Below are positions 16,739 to 20,000 of a stretch of 20,000 nt of DNA, one piece after another. The stretch lies in IMG/VR virus record IMGVR_UViG_3300032285_001110; one strand, given 5' to 3'. This DNA comes from an uncultured virus (IMG/VR IMGVR_UViG_3300032285_001110). Lineage: Duplodnaviria; Heunggongvirae; Uroviricota; Caudoviricetes. Positions within the stretch are counted from its first letter, which is position 1; each line of letters starts with the position of its first letter. Under the pieces are notes generated by a model. It worked only from the letters and a program-made list of their open reading frames with translations. It had not been told where the DNA came from and ran no database searches. The position numbers were made by a program, and so were the translations under genes.

Positions 16739-16957
16739 TTAGTTGGACGGGTTTGCGTCAGACGACTTTACGCCGTATGCCTTGTCAGTTGGGTCAATGT
16801 ACTTGATTAGTGGGCCAAGGAAAGCGGCTAGGAAAGCCCATCCAAGTGCCTTGTAGTCGGTTACTCCGCTGAGAAGAAGTGCACCCGATGCAGCAATGCC
16901 TGCACGTAGGTACGAGGTTAGGGCTGCTACTAGAGCAGGCGAAATCTTGAACTTCAA
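16739..16957 (-). CDS. Putative holin
   Basis: TTG start at 16955-16957 after AGGAG; two hydrophobic segments and a 'PLIKYIDPTDKAYG' tail; two genes downstream of the endolysin. Confidence 0.7.
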   Translation of the reverse strand: MKFKISPALVAALTSYLRAGIAASGALLLSGVTDYKALGWAFLAAFLGPLIKYIDPTDKAYGVKSSDANPSN

Positions 16958-16973
16958 TTTATCTCCTAAATAG

Positions 16974-17016
16974 AAAAACCCCTCCATAAGATTGTGACTT
17001 ATAGAGGGGTCTTTTT
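16974..17016. terminator. Bidirectional intrinsic terminator
   Basis: Minus strand ACCCCTCTATAAG-TCACAAT-CTTATGGAGGGGT-TTTT (13 bp); a T-tract also follows the stem on the plus strand. Confidence 0.8.
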
Positions 17017-17026
17017 GGTGCTATAA
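16991..17026 (-). promoter_or_regulatory. Putative phage promoter (TTATAGCACC-N20-CACAAT) upstream of the holin
   Basis: Same spacing as the other copies; the -10 lies in the terminator loop. Confidence 0.5.
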
Positions 17027-17027
17027 C

Positions 17028-17213
17028 CTAGTGTAGTCTGCCCTTAATACGGCTACCACCTGTGCCACGACCATCAATATTGCGACCTGCACGAGCGTAA
17101 CTAAACGAGGTTTGGTCTTTGGCATACGATGCTGGTTGCTGTATGACTACCTCTTTTTTAAACAACTTAGCAACGCTACGATTGTTAGGGCGGAGAGGTT
17201 GACGGGGAATCAT
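17028..17213 (-). CDS. Small basic hypothetical protein
   Basis: 61 aa; ATGA overlap with the endolysin stop; Arg/Gly-rich. Confidence 0.6.
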   Translation of the reverse strand: MIPRQPLRPNNRSVAKLFKKEVVIQQPASYAKDQTSFSYARAGRNIDGRGTGGSRIKGRLH

Positions 17214-17653
17214 TTCTTTTCAGCAGCAATCTTTGCAACTAGAAATGCATACGCATCTTCTACAGTTCCAGAGAATACACCCTCAACATTGTCGCTAAGA
17301 GTTAGGTGAAGGTGAACACCAGTTGAGGCACTGCCAGTTGTTCCTGCGTGTCCGACTACTGCTCCAGAGTTAACTTTGTCCCCAATTTTTAGGGGGCTTG
17401 GGTGAATCATGTGGCAATAACCAAAGAAACGGTTTCCAACCTGTAGAACAAGAACGTTGCCTAGGGCATCGCTCCACTTGTTCATCACGACACTCATTCC
17501 GTCAGCTACTGCTAGGAGTGGTTCATTTGCGGCAAATCCATTAAAGTCTGTGCCTCGGTGCCCATTAGGGTGCATTGCATCTTTGACACCAAACTTAGGG
17601 CCAAGCTTTACTGTCTTTACTGGCATTCGCCAATGACGAATTACATCTGGCAT
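17210..17653 (-). CDS. M23 family metallopeptidase, putative endolysin
   Basis: HRGTD (HxxxD), YCHM, and GTTGSASTGVHLH (HxH) zinc-ligand motifs; AAGGAG RBS; near the holin. Confidence 0.88.
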   Translation of the reverse strand: MPDVIRHWRMPVKTVKLGPKFGVKDAMHPNGHRGTDFNGFAANEPLLAVADGMSVVMNKWSDALGNVLVLQVGNRFFGYCHMIHPSPLKIGDKVNSGAVVGHAGTTGSASTGVHLHLTLSDNVEGVFSGTVEDAYAFLVAKIAAEKK

Positions 17654-17662
17654 TTTGTCTCC

Positions 17663-17965
17663 TTAATATAGGGTTCCACCCATTGGGGTTGGCTGTGCTT
17701 CAGCGGCTCCTCCGCCTACTTTGCTCATTGCTAAATCTTCTACAGTTTGTAGGTTACTGCCAGTCATGGTGCTGTTTGCTGCAAACTCAGTCTGTCCAGC
17801 AATTGCTGCAGGCATGTAATCCCAGTTAATACCCGCAGTACCATTGTAGATAACATCAGGAACTACGGTGTAAGCACCACGTTCTTTGATACGGTCTCTA
17901 ACAGCTGCCTGAATACCTGGAGTCTGCTGCGGAGCTGCTTGTCGTAAAGATAATGGAGAGGTCAT
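17663..17965 (-). CDS. Hypothetical protein
   Basis: 100 aa; ATGA overlap with the upstream gene. Confidence 0.65.
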   Translation of the reverse strand: MTSPLSLRQAAPQQTPGIQAAVRDRIKERGAYTVVPDVIYNGTAGINWDYMPAAIAGQTEFAANSTMTGSNLQTVEDLAMSKVGGGAAEAQPTPMGGTLY

Positions 17966-18186
17966 GTTCTACCTACGTTCGCTACAGCACTGGCACTAGC
18001 GTTCTTGGTAGGAGCACTTCCTTCAAATTTTTGGTTCTGACTATTAGAGCCGTCAAACCTACCACTAGCTTTCATAGCATAGCCACCTTGACCCATAGAG
18101 CCGTCAGACTCATTGCCATTAAATGGCTTTGCGTTCAAATCTTGGCTAGCTCCACGAAGATTACCACCGTTACATCCTGCACACAT
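17962..18186 (-). CDS. Small Gly/Asn/Ser-rich protein with N-terminal CxxC
   Basis: MCAGC start; GAAGG RBS; TAATG overlap. Confidence 0.6.
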   Translation of the reverse strand: MCAGCNGGNLRGASQDLNAKPFNGNESDGSMGQGGYAMKASGRFDGSNSQNQKFEGSAPTKNASASAVANVGRT

Positions 18187-18665
18187 TATGGCTTTACCTT
18201 CTTACCTTCAATGCCCAGCTTCTTAAACATCTTTACGTTCTTGTTCTTGTCGTCATAGGCTTTTTTAACGTCAAACTTAGGAAGAATGTCTTCTTCCAGT
18301 AGAGCACGCTTAAGAGTCTTGTCGCTCATGTTTGTCTGGTCTGTGGGACGCATAACTAGAGCATCATAAGGAACATGGTTCCTGTGTAGCCACCGCTTAG
18401 TTTCTTCACGGTAGTGAGCAGAACGAGCAGTAAGGATAACTACGTTCTTACCTTCATCTTTAGCCTTCTGGGCTTTCTCTACAATCTTGTTGTGAGTGTC
18501 TACTTCTAGGGCTTCCCTAGCAAACCCTGGGTGCTTTCCACCCTTGCCCTTGTGGTGTTTCTCATACTTCATATCGTCAGCGAGCGTACCATCTAAATCG
18601 AAGATGACAGTGTCATTTCGTTTATGAAGAGGCTTCTGCAGCTCGAAGTCGTTATTCTTGGACAT
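18186..18665 (-). CDS. HAD-superfamily phosphatase (T4 PNK 3'-phosphatase-like)
   Basis: Motif I IFDLDGTLAD, motif II ILTAR, LVMRP..D...K, and motif IV YDD. Confidence 0.85.
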   Translation of the reverse strand: MSKNNDFELQKPLHKRNDTVIFDLDGTLADDMKYEKHHKGKGGKHPGFAREALEVDTHNKIVEKAQKAKDEGKNVVILTARSAHYREETKRWLHRNHVPYDALVMRPTDQTNMSDKTLKRALLEEDILPKFDVKKAYDDKNKNVKMFKKLGIEGKKVKP

Positions 18666-18674
18666 ACATCCAGT

Positions 18675-18848
18675 TTAGCGGTCGGAACCCCATCCTGAGC
18701 CCTTAAAAGTAATGGCACCTACGCCATAAGCTTTCTGCCGCTTATTGCCACATTCTTCACAGATTACTGTGTGGTCTTTAGTGGTAATAGAGAAAAACTG
18801 CACGATAGTGTTATCGCACTCAATACAAGTAAAGTCATAATTAGGCAT
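18675..18848 (-). CDS. FmdB-family zinc-ribbon protein (57 aa)
   Basis: Below the ORF-track cutoff; translated by hand as MPNYDFTCIECDNTIVQFFSITTKDHTVICEECGNKRQKAYGVGAITFKGSGWGSDR (CxxC...CxxC, FKGSGW). Confidence 0.85.
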   Translation of the reverse strand: MPNYDFTCIECDNTIVQFFSITTKDHTVICEECGNKRQKAYGVGAITFKGSGWGSDR

Positions 18849-19116
18849 TTAGACGCTTCAATCCACCCTCATAAGAGAGGATAGCCTCAGTGTACACCTG
18901 GTGGCTCTTCATTACAAAGTCCTTGATAGCCTGCTGTTGAATCTCAGCCTGAGCATCAATAGTAGTTATCTGCTCTTCGGTAAGTTCGCTCTTGCTCTCG
19001 TGCACCACGGCAACTGCGTAGTCAAGCTCACGCTTAGCATTAGCCGCCTGCAACTGTGCAGCTTCCCAGCGTGCCTCTGCAGCAGCCATTTTCTGTTCTA
19101 GATGTTCTTTATCCAT
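18841..19116 (-). CDS. Coiled-coil hypothetical protein
   Basis: 91-aa helical ORF with AGGA upstream. Confidence 0.7.
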   Translation of the reverse strand: MDKEHLEQKMAAAEARWEAAQLQAANAKRELDYAVAVVHESKSELTEEQITTIDAQAEIQQQAIKDFVMKSHQVYTEAILSYEGGLKRLNA

Positions 19117-19230
19117 GTTGTAAACGTGTTCCTGTCTGCTCGGTATATTCTTAGTCGTCTAACAAGCTTTGCTTGTAATGCCACATTATTAACTCTCCTA
19201 TAGACTACTGCCCTAGGATTCTGTGTGTAT

Positions 19231-19539
19231 CTAAACATATGGAGCAATTTCTTCTAGAAGAACTCCACGAGGCTTGGCACCAGTAAGAGTCCACACGTGC
19301 TCACCATTCTTGTACAGAATAAGTGTAGGAATACTACTAACTGCTAGTTCTTCTACAAGGTCAGGATTAGCATCTGCATCTACCTTAGCTACGGAGAGAA
19401 GAGCAACGTCGTGCTCTAGCTGCTCTATAATAGGAGCTTGCATCTTGCAAGGGCGGCACCAGGCTGCCCAGAAGTACACGAGTACTAATGGCTTGTCAAG
19501 AACGTCTTCTTGCCACGTTGCTTTAGTTGTTGCTTTCAT
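19231..19539 (-). CDS. trxA: Thioredoxin
   Basis: VLVYFWAAWCRPCK active site, SIPTL cis-Pro motif, GAKP; AAGGAG RBS. Confidence 0.93.
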   Translation of the reverse strand: MKATTKATWQEDVLDKPLVLVYFWAAWCRPCKMQAPIIEQLEHDVALLSVAKVDADANPDLVEELAVSSIPTLILYKNGEHVWTLTGAKPRGVLLEEIAPYV

Positions 19540-19559
19540 TTCATCTCCTTTACTATGAG

Positions 19560-19631
19560 AGCCCCAAGTGAATTACGATATCACAACCTCCTGTTTACAA
19601 GACAGGTGCTCTGCCGTTGAGCTATTGGGGC
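19560..19631 (-). tRNA. tRNA-Thr (anticodon UGU), non-canonical T-arm, CCA not encoded
   Basis: Minus strand GCCCCAA TA GCTC AACGGCA GAGC A CCTGT CTTGTAA ACAGG AGGTT GTGAT ATCGTAA TTCAC TTGGGGC T: 7-bp acceptor, 4-bp D and 5-bp anticodon stems all perfect. Confidence 0.88.
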
Positions 19632-19638
19632 AAGAACT

Positions 19639-19887
19639 CTATTCTACAGGAGTTTTACCCTTGATAATAGCAATGTAGCGGTGTGGCTCACAAATAAATC
19701 CTTCATCACAAGTGCAGTGCTTTACTGAGTAATCCTCTAGCAACTGGATAATGCGTGCCTGTTCCATAAACTTTCCACGGTTGATTCCCTGAACAAAGTC
19801 ACTGGACTCATACACGTTGTTTAGTGGTGCCTGATTCTTGAGGTTTGCGGCTGCTTCATCTGAAAGTCTTAAGGGTACTTGTCTCAT
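19639..19887 (-). CDS. Hypothetical protein
   Basis: 82 aa; TAATG overlap with the thyX stop; Cys cluster HCTC...CEPH. Confidence 0.6.
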   Translation of the reverse strand: MRQVPLRLSDEAAANLKNQAPLNNVYESSDFVQGINRGKFMEQARIIQLLEDYSVKHCTCDEGFICEPHRYIAIIKGKTPVE

Positions 19888-20000
19888 TATGGGGCTACTC
19901 TTCCGTTTTTAATAAATGAATTGTGGGTGTGGGGCATCTTCTCACTAAAAATAAGCTCCATTTGAGTGGCTACATCCGCAATCTCAGCTTGTGGGAATGA
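19887..20000 (-). CDS. thyX: Flavin-dependent thymidylate synthase, C-terminal 37 aa (partial)
   Basis: SFPQAEIADVATQMELIFSEKMPHTHNSFIKNGRVAP* matches the actinobacterial ThyX C-terminus (SFPQ.EI..VA..ME....MP.T...F..NGRVAP). Confidence 0.8.
   Translation of the reverse strand, partial: SFPQAEIADVATQMELIFSEKMPHTHNSFIKNGRVAP

Noticed and set aside
16958..16987. N-terminal extension MEGFFYLGDK of the holin
   Set aside because: That ATG is within the terminator stem; AGGAG is correctly spaced for the TTG at 16955-16957.
18666..18708. Leaderless promoter (TAAACT-6 nt-ATG) for the HAD phosphatase as a firm feature
   Set aside because: The hexamer overlaps the FmdB stop codon and the upstream element encodes the conserved FKG, so coding constraints can explain it; kept only as a weak motif copy.
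19139..19192. Twister-ribozyme resemblance (TAATGTGGC...TTACAAGC)
   Set aside because: I could not form the P4 stem or the pseudoknot partner followed directly by GAG; an Rfam scan would settle it.
66..19558. All plus-strand ORFs and the nested alternative-frame minus-strand ORFs in the track
   Set aside because: They lie antisense to or within well-supported minus-strand genes, have no recognisable motifs, and are expected shadows of codon bias.

Overview
A dense, all-minus-strand segment of a tailed dsDNA phage genome, most likely an actinobacterial phage. The capsid, terminase and portal resemble, from memory, Bxz1/E3/BRock-like and uncultured freshwater actinophages, and the ThyX C-terminus is actinobacterial-type. 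In transcription order (right to left): thyX 3' end, small ORF, tRNA-Thr(UGU) with a non-canonical T-arm, thioredoxin, coiled-coil protein, FmdB-type Zn-ribbon, HAD/PNK-type phosphatase, small ORFs, lysis cassette (M23 endolysin, holin, membrane protein), disordered and Zn-finger proteins, a split-PASTA protein, a KTSC protein, terminase large subunit, portal, scaffold, major capsid protein, a multidomain head-tail adaptor, then fibre/structural genes (collagen-like, a 20-aa repeat protein, tandem Mtd_N proteins). The least explained signals are non-coding: a fixed-spacing promoter-like motif in most intergenic gaps (three times nested in hairpins), a candidate structured RNA shared by two leaders, and anti-Shine-Dalgarno elements after the capsid operon, one a 17-nt perfect complement of the holin ribosome-binding site. 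Family calls come from motif recognition by eye; no searches were run.
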